Source: Candidatus Latescibacterota bacterium
Lineage (GTDB): Bacteria > Krumholzibacteriota > Krumholzibacteriia > LZORAL124-64-63
DNA: 64,000 nucleotides
Assembly (NCBI GenBank): GCA_030658975.1
Contig: JAUSBL010000112.1
Span: 14,248-78,247 of the forward strand
Direction: 5' to 3'
The notes under the pieces: generated by a model
The model's input: only the letters and a program-made list of their open reading frames with translations
The model's database searches: none
What the model was told of the DNA's origin: nothing
Translations under genes and position numbers: made by a program
Part shown: positions 39,366 through 47,402 of the stretch, in pieces
Position numbering within the stretch: the stretch's first letter is position 1
How the letters are laid out: every line of letters begins with the position of its first letter

Positions 39366-40103
39366 ATGACGACGGGCGAAGGTTCGGTCCTGCTGCTCAG
39401 CGACGTCCACGCGCACTACGGGGTCGTCGACGCGCAGGCGGCCCACGCGCAGGAGACCTGGGGCCGTCCCGTCGAACGGGTGCTGGTGCTGGGAGACTTC
39501 GGCCTGTTCGGCGCCGAACTGCACCGCCACTTCCGGCGCGGCGGGCGACGATTCTCTCACCCGACGGCCTTCATCGAGGGCAACCACGAGGACTTCGCGG
39601 CGTTCGAGCGGCTGGTGCGCGACTACGCGGACGTCGTCACCCACCTGCCCCGCGCCTCCCGCCAACGCCTGGGCGAGTGGAACTGTCTGTGCGTCGGCGG
39701 CGCGCGCTACATGGACGCCTGGTCGACCCCGTGCGGCAGCGAGATCCGCGAGCGGGACATCGACGCCTGCCTGGCGCACGCTCCCGGCAGCATCGACTTC
39801 GTGCTGAGCCACGATTGCCCCACGGGCATCGGGGTGACCAGCGAGGTCGCGCTCGCCCACCTGGGTCCGCCCGGCGTGGCCGGCCTGGCGCGCGTGGCGG
39901 CGCACCTGCGGCCGCGCTGGTGGTTCTTCGGGCACCATCACCGCTGGCACGAGTGCGAGCACGACGGCGTTCGCTACCTGGGGCTGCCCCAGAGCTGGCA
40001 GGGGTACGCGCTGTTGGAACCGGGGGGCGAGGTGCGGCGCGTGGAGCACGAGGTCCCGTTGCCGGGCCGGGGGGTCTGGCGACGGTTGATCGGGTTGAGA
40101 TAG
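39366..40103 (+). CDS. calcineurin-like metallophosphoesterase
   Basis: Motifs LLLSDVHAHY (DxH), VLGDFG (GDxxD), EGNHED (GNH[DE]), LSHDCP and FFGHHH. Start 5 nt after the sensor gene stop. Confidence 0.75.
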   Translation: MTTGEGSVLLLSDVHAHYGVVDAQAAHAQETWGRPVERVLVLGDFGLFGAELHRHFRRGGRRFSHPTAFIEGNHEDFAAFERLVRDYADVVTHLPRASRQRLGEWNCLCVGGARYMDAWSTPCGSEIRERDIDACLAHAPGSIDFVLSHDCPTGIGVTSEVALAHLGPPGVAGLARVAAHLRPRWWFFGHHHRWHECEHDGVRYLGLPQSWQGYALLEPGGEVRRVEHEVPLPGRGVWRRLIGLR

Positions 40104-40169
40104 GAGCGGTGACATCGAACGCCGAAGAAACAGGAAAGGCCGCCCTGAGGCGGCCCGTTCCTTATCGTG

Positions 40170-40246
<77 letters not shown>

Positions 40247-40356
40247 ACCTGAACTGCGGTCCACGGCCCCCCCCGACCTCGGCCGGGGATCCGCGAAACA
40301 GACGCACAAGATGCACCTGCGGGGCGGGAAACGCAAGGACTGCTTCCGGGCCAGCG

Positions 40357-41007
40357 TCACTCCCCGGCGAGCTTCTGCACCCCGTCCAGCATCGGCACGA
40401 ACCGGCAGGCCACCGACCGCTCCACGACCGGCTCCCCCCCCACCTTGCGGTAGCGGTAGAGGATCTGATCGTCGTCGTCCCCGATCGGCAGGACCAGGAC
40501 CCCTCCCTCCCGCAGGACGTGGAAGAGCAGGGACGGCAGGCGCGGGGGGCAGGCCGTCACCACGACGGCGTCGAAGGGGCCGGCTGCGGGCTGGCCGTCG
40601 GCGCCGTCGGCCGCCCGGATCACGACGTTCGCGCAGCCCAGCTCCTCGAGCGTCCGGGCGGCGCGCAGGGCCAGCGCCTCGATGCGCTCGACGCTGACCA
40701 CTTCGCGGGCCAGCCGGGACAGGATGGCCGCCTGGTAGCCCGACCCGGTGCCCACCTCCAGGACGCGCTCGTCGCCCTTGAGCTCCAGCAGCGCGGTCAT
40801 CAGGCCCACGATGAAGGGCTGGCTGATGGTCTGGCCGTGGCCGATGGGCAGGGCGCAGCCCTGGTAGGCGCGGTGGTGCAGCAGCCGGGGCACGAAACGG
40901 TGGCGGGGCACCTCGCGCATCGCGCAGAGGACGGCCGGGTCGGTGACGCCGGCGTCGCGGATCTGCTCGTCGACCATGCGGCGGCGGGCGACGGCGTAGT
41001 CCCGCAT
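40357..41007 (-). CDS. pcm: protein-L-isoaspartate O-methyltransferase
   Basis: VLEVGTGSGYQAAILSRL SAM motif, QTISQPFIV. Start overlaps the surE stop. Confidence 0.9.
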   Translation of the reverse strand: MRDYAVARRRMVDEQIRDAGVTDPAVLCAMREVPRHRFVPRLLHHRAYQGCALPIGHGQTISQPFIVGLMTALLELKGDERVLEVGTGSGYQAAILSRLAREVVSVERIEALALRAARTLEELGCANVVIRAADGADGQPAAGPFDAVVVTACPPRLPSLLFHVLREGGVLVLPIGDDDDQILYRYRKVGGEPVVERSVACRFVPMLDGVQKLAGE

Positions 41008-41792
41008 CACGCCCCCGCCGCCGGCCGCAGCGGCCCGGCGAGGTCCAGCCCGCCCATGCCGGCCAGCACTTCGGAGTGCGTCAGATCGACGCGCAGCGGG
41101 GTGACCACCACGAAACCCTGCTGCAGCAGCACGGCGTCGGTGTCCGGGATCTGCTCCCAGGTCGGGCCGCGCCCGCCGATCCAGAGGTAGGGGCGGCCGC
41201 GCGGGTCGGTCTGTTCGGTGATGACGTCCTTGTAGCGGCGGCTCCCCAGCGGGCAGGTGCGGATGCCGCGCACCTCGGCGGCCGGGATGTCCGGGATGTT
41301 CACGTTCAGCAGTGCATTGCCCGGCAGCGGGACCGCCAGCAGGTCGTCCAGGTGGTGGCGCACGAAAGCCTCCGCCGCGCCCCAGTCGCGCGGGTGCCAC
41401 GAGGCGCAGGACAGGGCGTAGCTGGGGAAGCCCAGGATCGCGCCTTCGAGCGCGGCGGCCACCGTGCCGGAGTAGGTGACGTCCTCCCCCATGTTGGCGC
41501 CGTGGTTGATGCCGCTGATGATCAGGTCGGGCGGGTCGTCGCGCAGGATGTGTTCGACCGCGATCAGCACGCTGTCGGTGGGCGTACCGGTGACCGCCCA
41601 GCGGCCGGGCCCGCAGTCGAGCACGCGGATCGGGTTGCGGATGGTCAGCGAGTGGCTCGTGGCGCTCTGCTGCTCCGAGGGCGCCACGACGCTGACCCGG
41701 ACGTCGCCGCGATCGGCCAGGGCGCGGGCCAGCAGGTTCAGGCCGTGGGCTTCGATGCCGTCGTCGTTGCTCAGCAGGATGTGGCGGGTCAT
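41007..41792 (-). CDS. surE: 5'/3'-nucleotidase SurE
   Basis: ILLSNDDGIEAHGL...SGINHGANMGEDVTYSGTVAAA matches SurE. surE-pcm adjacency conserved. Confidence 0.9.
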   Translation of the reverse strand: MTRHILLSNDDGIEAHGLNLLARALADRGDVRVSVVAPSEQQSATSHSLTIRNPIRVLDCGPGRWAVTGTPTDSVLIAVEHILRDDPPDLIISGINHGANMGEDVTYSGTVAAALEGAILGFPSYALSCASWHPRDWGAAEAFVRHHLDDLLAVPLPGNALLNVNIPDIPAAEVRGIRTCPLGSRRYKDVITEQTDPRGRPYLWIGGRGPTWEQIPDTDAVLLQQGFVVVTPLRVDLTHSEVLAGMGGLDLAGPLRPAAGA

Positions 41793-42478
41793 GGACGCTC
41801 CTCGTCGCGGGTGCGGCTCAGGCGACGCACGAGGCGGAAGAACCGCACGGTGTCGCGCAGAGGGTGGATGGCGCTGCGTTCCTCGCCGTAGACCGTGGTG
41901 GTCGGGACCGAACCGATGCGGGCGCCGCGGCGGGCCAGACGCACCAGCACCTCGCTCTCGAAGTCGTAGCGGCTGGTCGTGACGCGCAGACCTGCGAGCG
42001 CCGCGACGCGGAAGAGCCGGTAGCCGTTCTGCGAGTCGGGGATGTGCACGCCCGCGAGGCGGCTCACGACCCGGCTGGTGAACACGTTCGTCGCCTTGCG
42101 GATCCAGGGCATGTCCGCGGTGCGGTCCATGCGCGTGCCGACCACGACGTCCAGATCCCCGGCCAGCGCCGCGTCGAGGAAGGCCTGCATCTCGCGCGGC
42201 AGGTGCTGGCCGTCGGCGTCCATCGTGAAGGCCCACTGCCAGCCGTGGTCCCGGGCCCAGGCGAAGCCGGTCTGCAGGGCGGCGCCCTTGCCGCGGTTCC
42301 CGGGGTGGACCGCGACCTCGGCGCCGGCGTCGCGCGCGACCTGCGCGGTGCCGTCGTCACTGCCGTCGTCGACCACGAGCACGCGCAGTTCCGGGTGCAG
42401 GCCGCGGATCTCCGCGATCAGCGGGGGCAGGAAGCGCGCCGCGTTCAGGGCGGGCAGGATCACGCCGACGTCGTTCAA
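41789..42478 (-). CDS. glycosyltransferase family 2 (polyprenyl-phosphate hexosyltransferase-like, DPM1/ArnC fold)
   Basis: TTG start after GGGAGG. VVDDGSDDGT, DADGQH and catalytic-core motifs. Stop overlaps the surE start. Confidence 0.7.
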   Translation of the reverse strand: MNDVGVILPALNAARFLPPLIAEIRGLHPELRVLVVDDGSDDGTAQVARDAGAEVAVHPGNRGKGAALQTGFAWARDHGWQWAFTMDADGQHLPREMQAFLDAALAGDLDVVVGTRMDRTADMPWIRKATNVFTSRVVSRLAGVHIPDSQNGYRLFRVAALAGLRVTTSRYDFESEVLVRLARRGARIGSVPTTTVYGEERSAIHPLRDTVRFFRLVRRLSRTRDEERP

Positions 42479-43380
42479 TGCGGTGGGCCTCCCAGCAGCA
42501 CGGGGTCGAAGACGGTCCAGGCGCCGGGATCCTCGCGGATCAACTCCTCGAGGAACGCAGAGCCGCGGGCGAAGGCCTCGGCGGCGCCCGCCTCGCCGGG
42601 CGCGACGCGCCACGGCTCCCGGAATTCCAGGCGCGAGACGCGGCGCCCGTCCTCGACCAGCCGATGGTGGCAGCCCGGCAGGACCCAGGCGCCGGTCGTC
42701 TGGGCGAGCCGGACCCACCCCTGCGGCAGCCGCGTGCGGGCGCCCAGGAAGGCGACCTCGGCGCCGTGCCCGGTGAAGTCGCGATCGCCGACGATGGCGA
42801 CCACGCCCCCGCTCTGCAGGTGCTCGGCGAGCAGGCGGGGATCTGCGCCCAGGGGGAACACCGCCAGGCCGAAGCGGCGGCGGGCCGCGTTGAAGAACTC
42901 GTCCACGCGCGGGTTCGGGTGCGGGCGCGCCACGCCCAGCACGCGCAGGCCCCGCGACGCGCCCCAGGCCCCGATCGCTTCCCAGTTGCCCATGTGGGCG
43001 CTGAGGAACAGGATGCCTTCGCCGCTCTGCTGGCAGCGTTGCAGGTGATCGAGCCCGGACACCTCGATCTCCGCCACGATCTGATCGCCGCGGCCGCCGG
43101 CCAACCGCAGGAAGTCCGCGACCGTCTCGCTGAACTCACGGAAGGGACGCTGCACCGGCGTGCGCCGCCCGTCGCCACGGGCCCGGTCCGCCAGCGACAG
43201 CTGCCGCGCCACGGTCCGCCATACGCCGGGATGGGTCCAGCCGTACCAGTCCCCCACCCGCCGCGCCGCCCAGCGCACGACGCCGCGCGGCGCGCCGACG
43301 GCGATGCGCGCCCCGAGCGCGTACCAGAAGGCGCTGGTGCGGTAGCCGAAGGGGATGGGCGGCGTCCGCGTCAGGCTCAA
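42475..43380 (-). CDS. LpxL/HtrB-family (lysophospholipid/lipid A-type) acyltransferase
   Basis: PF03279-like: PFGYRTSAFWYALGARIA...ILFLSAHMGNWEAIGAW (HxxxxD-type acyltransferase region). Start uncertain (TTG 43380 after GGAG, or GTG 43425). Confidence 0.65.
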   Translation of the reverse strand: MSLTRTPPIPFGYRTSAFWYALGARIAVGAPRGVVRWAARRVGDWYGWTHPGVWRTVARQLSLADRARGDGRRTPVQRPFREFSETVADFLRLAGGRGDQIVAEIEVSGLDHLQRCQQSGEGILFLSAHMGNWEAIGAWGASRGLRVLGVARPHPNPRVDEFFNAARRRFGLAVFPLGADPRLLAEHLQSGGVVAIVGDRDFTGHGAEVAFLGARTRLPQGWVRLAQTTGAWVLPGCHHRLVEDGRRVSRLEFREPWRVAPGEAGAAEAFARGSAFLEELIREDPGAWTVFDPVLLGGPPH

Positions 43381-43661
43381 GTGCGATCTCCGGGTCAGGG
43401 TGCGGTACCGCGCACATGATCGCACCGGGTGCGCGACGTGAAAAGGACAGGATTAAAGAAGTGCGGGCTTCCGGGTACGGCGAGAATGTCGGCATGATCC
43501 CGATCTTCGTCAGTGACGGCGGGTGGAACGACGACTGCCCGTACTGTCACATGGCGGGCTGTGTGATCGAATAGGGCGGGCACAATGTCGCCACCGCTTG
43601 CCCCGACGATCCGTGGATACCGACGGAGGGTGCCCCCAGGGTGCCCCGAAGATTTTCAGGC

Positions 43662-43703
43662 AAAAAGAAACGGGTTGCCTTGCCGGCAACCCGTTGTCTT
43701 TTC
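43662..43703. terminator. bidirectional rho-independent terminator (11-bp stem AACGGGTTGCC/GGCAACCCGTT flanked by A- and T-runs) just 3' of tRNA-Pro(GGG)
   Basis: Perfect 11-bp stem, 5-nt loop, T-runs on both strands (GTCTTTT on plus, TTTCTTTTT on minus). Confidence 0.6.
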
Positions 43704-43712
43704 GGGAGTTGG

Positions 43713-43789
43713 TGGTCGGGCCGGGCGGATTTGAACCGCCGACCCCTTGCCCCCCATGCAAGTGCGCTACCGGGCTGCGCTACGGCCCG
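43713..43789 (-). tRNA. tRNA-Pro (anticodon GGG)
   Basis: Reverse complement CGGGCCGTAGCGCAGCCCGGTAGCGCACTTGCATGGGGGGCAAGG...GGTTCAAATCC...CCA. Confidence 0.85.
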
Positions 43790-43879
43790 ACCCTTCAAAA
43801 CGTGCCCGGGCAGGGCCCGGGCGAACGGACAATCTAATACGCGACCCCGTTCGGGACAAGGGGGATCGCACCGGCCGAC

Positions 43880-44275
43880 TCAGCCCTTGCCCGGCGTCTT
43901 CATGGCGGCCAGCAGGTCGAGCACTTCGCGCAGGCCCGCGCGCACGGCCTGCAGGCGGGCGGTGCGGTCCTGAGCGGTGAACATGTCGTCGCGCGTCGCT
44001 TCCGGCGCCGGCGTTTCCTGGGTCTGGCGGCGCTCGCGCAGGAACTTGCGCGCGCCCTCGATGCGGTAGCCCTCCTCGTGCAGGAGGCGGCGGATCAGCT
44101 GGATTTCCTCGACGTCGCGGCGGCGGTAGGTGCGCGCGCCGGAGCGGGCGCGCTTGGGTCGCAGCGTGGGGAACTCGGTCTCCCAGTAGCGCAGCACGTG
44201 CGGCTCCACTCCGGTGTGCTCGGCGATCTCGCGGATCGAGTAGTAGAGTTTGTCGGGCAGATCGGCCACGATCAT
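43880..44275 (-). CDS. MerR-family transcriptional regulator (short, no obvious effector domain)
   Basis: HTH YYSIREIAEHTGVEPHVLRYWETEF...RSGARTYRRRDVEEIQLIRRLLHEEGYRIEGARK. Confidence 0.8.
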   Translation of the reverse strand: MIVADLPDKLYYSIREIAEHTGVEPHVLRYWETEFPTLRPKRARSGARTYRRRDVEEIQLIRRLLHEEGYRIEGARKFLRERRQTQETPAPEATRDDMFTAQDRTARLQAVRAGLREVLDLLAAMKTPGKG

Positions 44276-44288
44276 CCCTCCCGCGAAG

Positions 44289-45302
44289 TCACTCCAGCTC
44301 GGATCGCAACGTCCGCTCCATCAGGTCCTGCATGGCCCTGGCGGCCGACTTGCCGGAATATAGCACATGGTGAACTTCCTGTGTGATAGGAAGTTCTATC
44401 TGATGCTTCGCACTCAACTTCAAGGCGGCCTGCGTCATCACGGCCCCTTCGACCACCTGCTTGGCGTCGCGCAGGATCTCCTGCGGATCGTGGTCGCCGC
44501 GGGCCACCGCCTCGCCGAAGTTGCGGTTGCGCGAGTGGCGGCTCGTGCAGGTGGTGATCAGGTCGCCGATCCCGGACAGGCCGTAGAAGGTGTCGAAGCG
44601 GCCGCCCAGCGCGATGCCCAGGCGCGCCAGTTCCTTCAGGCCGCGGGTCATCACCGCGCCGCGCGTGTTGTCGCCGTAGCCCAGCCCGTCGCACATGCCC
44701 ACCGCGATGGCGATGACGTTCTTGAACGCGGCGGCGATCTCCACCCCGAGCAGGTCGTCGTTCGTGTAGACGCGCAGCGTGGGGCCGGCCAGGCGGCCCT
44801 GCAGGGCGTGCCAGCCGTCGCCGTAGCCCGCCAGCACCAGGGCCGTGGGCATGCCCAGCACGACCTCCTCGGCGTGGCTGGGGCCGAGCAGCACGCCGAT
44901 CGGGTGGGACCCGCCGGCGGCATCCTGGCACAGCTCCTCTTCCAGGACGGTGCTGAGCCGCTTGAGCGTGTCGAGCTCGAGCCCCTTGCTCAGGCAGACG
45001 ATCGGGCAGCCCGGGCGCAGGTCGCAGGTGCGCAGGCGGATGGCGACGTCGCGCACCGCCTGGCTGGGCAGCACGACGAAGACGGCGTCGGCGCCGCCGA
45101 CGGCCGCGGCGAGGTCCAGGGTGGCGGTCAGGTTCGGCGGCAGCAGCAGGCCGGGGAAGTACTCGGGGTTGGCGTGCGTCGTCGCGATGGCGTCGACCTG
45201 GGAGGGTTCGACGCCCCACATGACCACCTCGCTCCACAGCGAGGCCAGGTGGCGGCCGAAGCCCGTCCCCCAGCTGCCGGTGCCCAGGACGGCGGCCTTC
45301 AC
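44289..45302 (-). CDS. gpsA: NAD(P)H-dependent glycerol-3-phosphate dehydrogenase
   Basis: GTG start. AVLGTGSWGT Rossmann, NAD_Gly3P_dh N and C domains. Confidence 0.9.
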   Translation of the reverse strand: MKAAVLGTGSWGTGFGRHLASLWSEVVMWGVEPSQVDAIATTHANPEYFPGLLLPPNLTATLDLAAAVGGADAVFVVLPSQAVRDVAIRLRTCDLRPGCPIVCLSKGLELDTLKRLSTVLEEELCQDAAGGSHPIGVLLGPSHAEEVVLGMPTALVLAGYGDGWHALQGRLAGPTLRVYTNDDLLGVEIAAAFKNVIAIAVGMCDGLGYGDNTRGAVMTRGLKELARLGIALGGRFDTFYGLSGIGDLITTCTSRHSRNRNFGEAVARGDHDPQEILRDAKQVVEGAVMTQAALKLSAKHQIELPITQEVHHVLYSGKSAARAMQDLMERTLRSELE

Positions 45303-45982
45303 GAGCGCTCCCGCGGCCCGTCCGGGGCCTTCGACCGGTTGTTCCCGGCGCCGATGGCCGCCTCGGTGCCGGCGCGCAGGCGGCGGATGTTCGCGCGGTG
45401 CCGGAACACCACCCAGCCGCAGATCACGATGGCGAAGACGGTGATCGTGCGCGAGAACTGCGCGGAGCGCCACTCGAAGAAGGCGACGGTGACGGGCAGG
45501 ATCACCGCCGCGCAGATGCTGGCCAGCGAGATGATCCGGCGCCACGCCAGCACCAGGAAGAACACGCCCAGGGCGATGAGCGTGGGGTACGGCGCCAGCA
45601 CGAAGAAGGCGCCGCAGGTCGTGGCCACGCCCTTGCCGCCGTGCCAGCTGACGAAGGGCGACAGGGTGTGGCCGAGCGAAGCGACGAAGCCGGCGAAGAT
45701 GCGCCAGAGGTCGGGCGGCAGGTGCAGCGGCGTCGGCTGTCCCGGCGGCCAGCTGTTCGCCACCGCCGACATGATCAGCACCGCGCCGGCGCCCTTGGCC
45801 ATGTCCAGCAGCAGCACCAGGACGCCCCAGCGCGGCCCCACGGCGCGGAACACGTTCGTGGCGCCGAGGTTGCCGCTGCCGTGATGCCGCAGGTCGATCC
45901 CGCGCACCGCGCGCGCCACGATGAAGCTGAAGGGCACCGCGCCCAGCAGATAGGCCAGTATCAGGCTCAACAGCAGGAGCAT
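45299..45982 (-). CDS. plsY: glycerol-3-phosphate acyltransferase PlsY
   Basis: GSGNLGATNVFR...GGKGVAT motifs, multi-TM. Confidence 0.9.
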   Translation of the reverse strand: MLLLLSLILAYLLGAVPFSFIVARAVRGIDLRHHGSGNLGATNVFRAVGPRWGVLVLLLDMAKGAGAVLIMSAVANSWPPGQPTPLHLPPDLWRIFAGFVASLGHTLSPFVSWHGGKGVATTCGAFFVLAPYPTLIALGVFFLVLAWRRIISLASICAAVILPVTVAFFEWRSAQFSRTITVFAIVICGWVVFRHRANIRRLRAGTEAAIGAGNNRSKAPDGPRERS

Positions 45983-45995
45983 GGGCGCCTTCCGC

Positions 45996-47345
45996 TCAGT
46001 GACGCTTGGTCTTGATGAAGATCCGGTTGCCCTTGAACCCGTAGGCTTCGCGGATCTGGTTGTTCAGGAACCGCAGATAGCTGCGGTCGAAGAACTTCGG
46101 GTTGTTCACCGACAGCACGATGGCCGGCGGCGAGGACTCCGCCTGCGTCGCGAAGTAGACCTTGCCGGTCCCGCCGCCGTGGAAGTGCGGCGGCTGCTTG
46201 TGGATGATGGCCTCGAGGAAGGTGTTCAACTCGCTGGTGTCGATGCGCAGGGAGCGCTGCTCGAACACTTCCCACACCAGCTCCAGCACCTTGCCCGAGC
46301 GCTGCTTGGTCAGGGACGACAGCGTGAACCAGGGCGCGTAGGTCAGGAAGGGCACCTCGCGGCAGAACTCCTCCCAGACCTTCAGGTGCGTGGCCTGGTC
46401 CTTCTCGACCAGGTCCCACTTGTTGAAGGCGACCACGACGCCCTTGGCCGCGTCGTGGATCAGGCCGGCGATCTTGGCGTCCTGGGTGACGGTGCCCTCG
46501 GTGGCGTCGACCATGAGCACCGCGACGTCGCACTCCTCCAGCGCGCGCACGGTGCGCATGTTGCTGAAGACCTCGATGGCCTCCTCGACGCGCGCCTTGC
46601 GGCGCAGGCCGGCGGTGTCGATCAGGCGCAGGGTGCGGCCGTGCCAGTGCAGGTCGGTGTGGATGGCGTCGCGCGTGGTGCCGGCGATCTCGCTGACCAG
46701 CGCCTCCTTGCGGCCGACCAGCAGGTTCAGCAGGCTGGACTTGCCCACGTTCGGGCGGCCGAGGATCGCGATCTTCATGTCGCAGGGCTCGGGCTCGGGG
46801 CCGACCGGGAAGTCCGCCACGACCGTGTCGAGCAGATCCCCCACGCCCAGGCCGTGCAGGGCGCTGATGCAGTGCGGTTCGCCCAGGCCGAGGCGGTAGA
46901 AATCCGCGGCGCCGTAGCGCTGGTGCTCCTTCTCGACCTTGTTGACGGTCAGCACCACGGGCTTGCCGCTGCGCCGCAGGTGCACGGCGATGCTGTCGTC
47001 CCAGGTGGAGAGTCCGCCGGAGCCGTCGACCATGAAGATGACCACGTCGGCCTCGGCGATGGCGAGGTGGGCGATCTCGGTGACCAGGCTGTCGAAGCGC
47101 GTGGCTTCCTCGCCGAACGGGATGATGCCGCCGGTGTCCAGCAGCTGGAAGGAGTGCCCCGCCCAGTCGGTGAGCTCGGCGATGCGGTCGCGCGTGACGC
47201 CCGGCGTCTCGTGGACGACCGAGCGCCGCTCGCCGATCACGCGGTTGAACAGGGTCGACTTGCCCACGTTCGGGCGGCCGACGATGACCACGGTCCTGGT
47301 CGCCACGTCCCATCCTTCCGCACTTGAAGCAATGCCTGCAATCAC
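45996..47345 (-). CDS. der: ribosome-associated GTPase Der (EngA), tandem GTPase domains plus KH-like domain
   Basis: Two G-domains (GRPNVGKSTLFN and GRPNVGKSSLLN). Start GTG 47345, or GTG 47306. Confidence 0.9.
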   Translation of the reverse strand: MIAGIASSAEGWDVATRTVVIVGRPNVGKSTLFNRVIGERRSVVHETPGVTRDRIAELTDWAGHSFQLLDTGGIIPFGEEATRFDSLVTEIAHLAIAEADVVIFMVDGSGGLSTWDDSIAVHLRRSGKPVVLTVNKVEKEHQRYGAADFYRLGLGEPHCISALHGLGVGDLLDTVVADFPVGPEPEPCDMKIAILGRPNVGKSSLLNLLVGRKEALVSEIAGTTRDAIHTDLHWHGRTLRLIDTAGLRRKARVEEAIEVFSNMRTVRALEECDVAVLMVDATEGTVTQDAKIAGLIHDAAKGVVVAFNKWDLVEKDQATHLKVWEEFCREVPFLTYAPWFTLSSLTKQRSGKVLELVWEVFEQRSLRIDTSELNTFLEAIIHKQPPHFHGGGTGKVYFATQAESSPPAIVLSVNNPKFFDRSYLRFLNNQIREAYGFKGNRIFIKTKRH

Positions 47346-47402
47346 TATTGAAACAACAAGATGGCGCGTATCCGAATAGGGGGCGCGTCATTGCGCGGGA
47401 CG

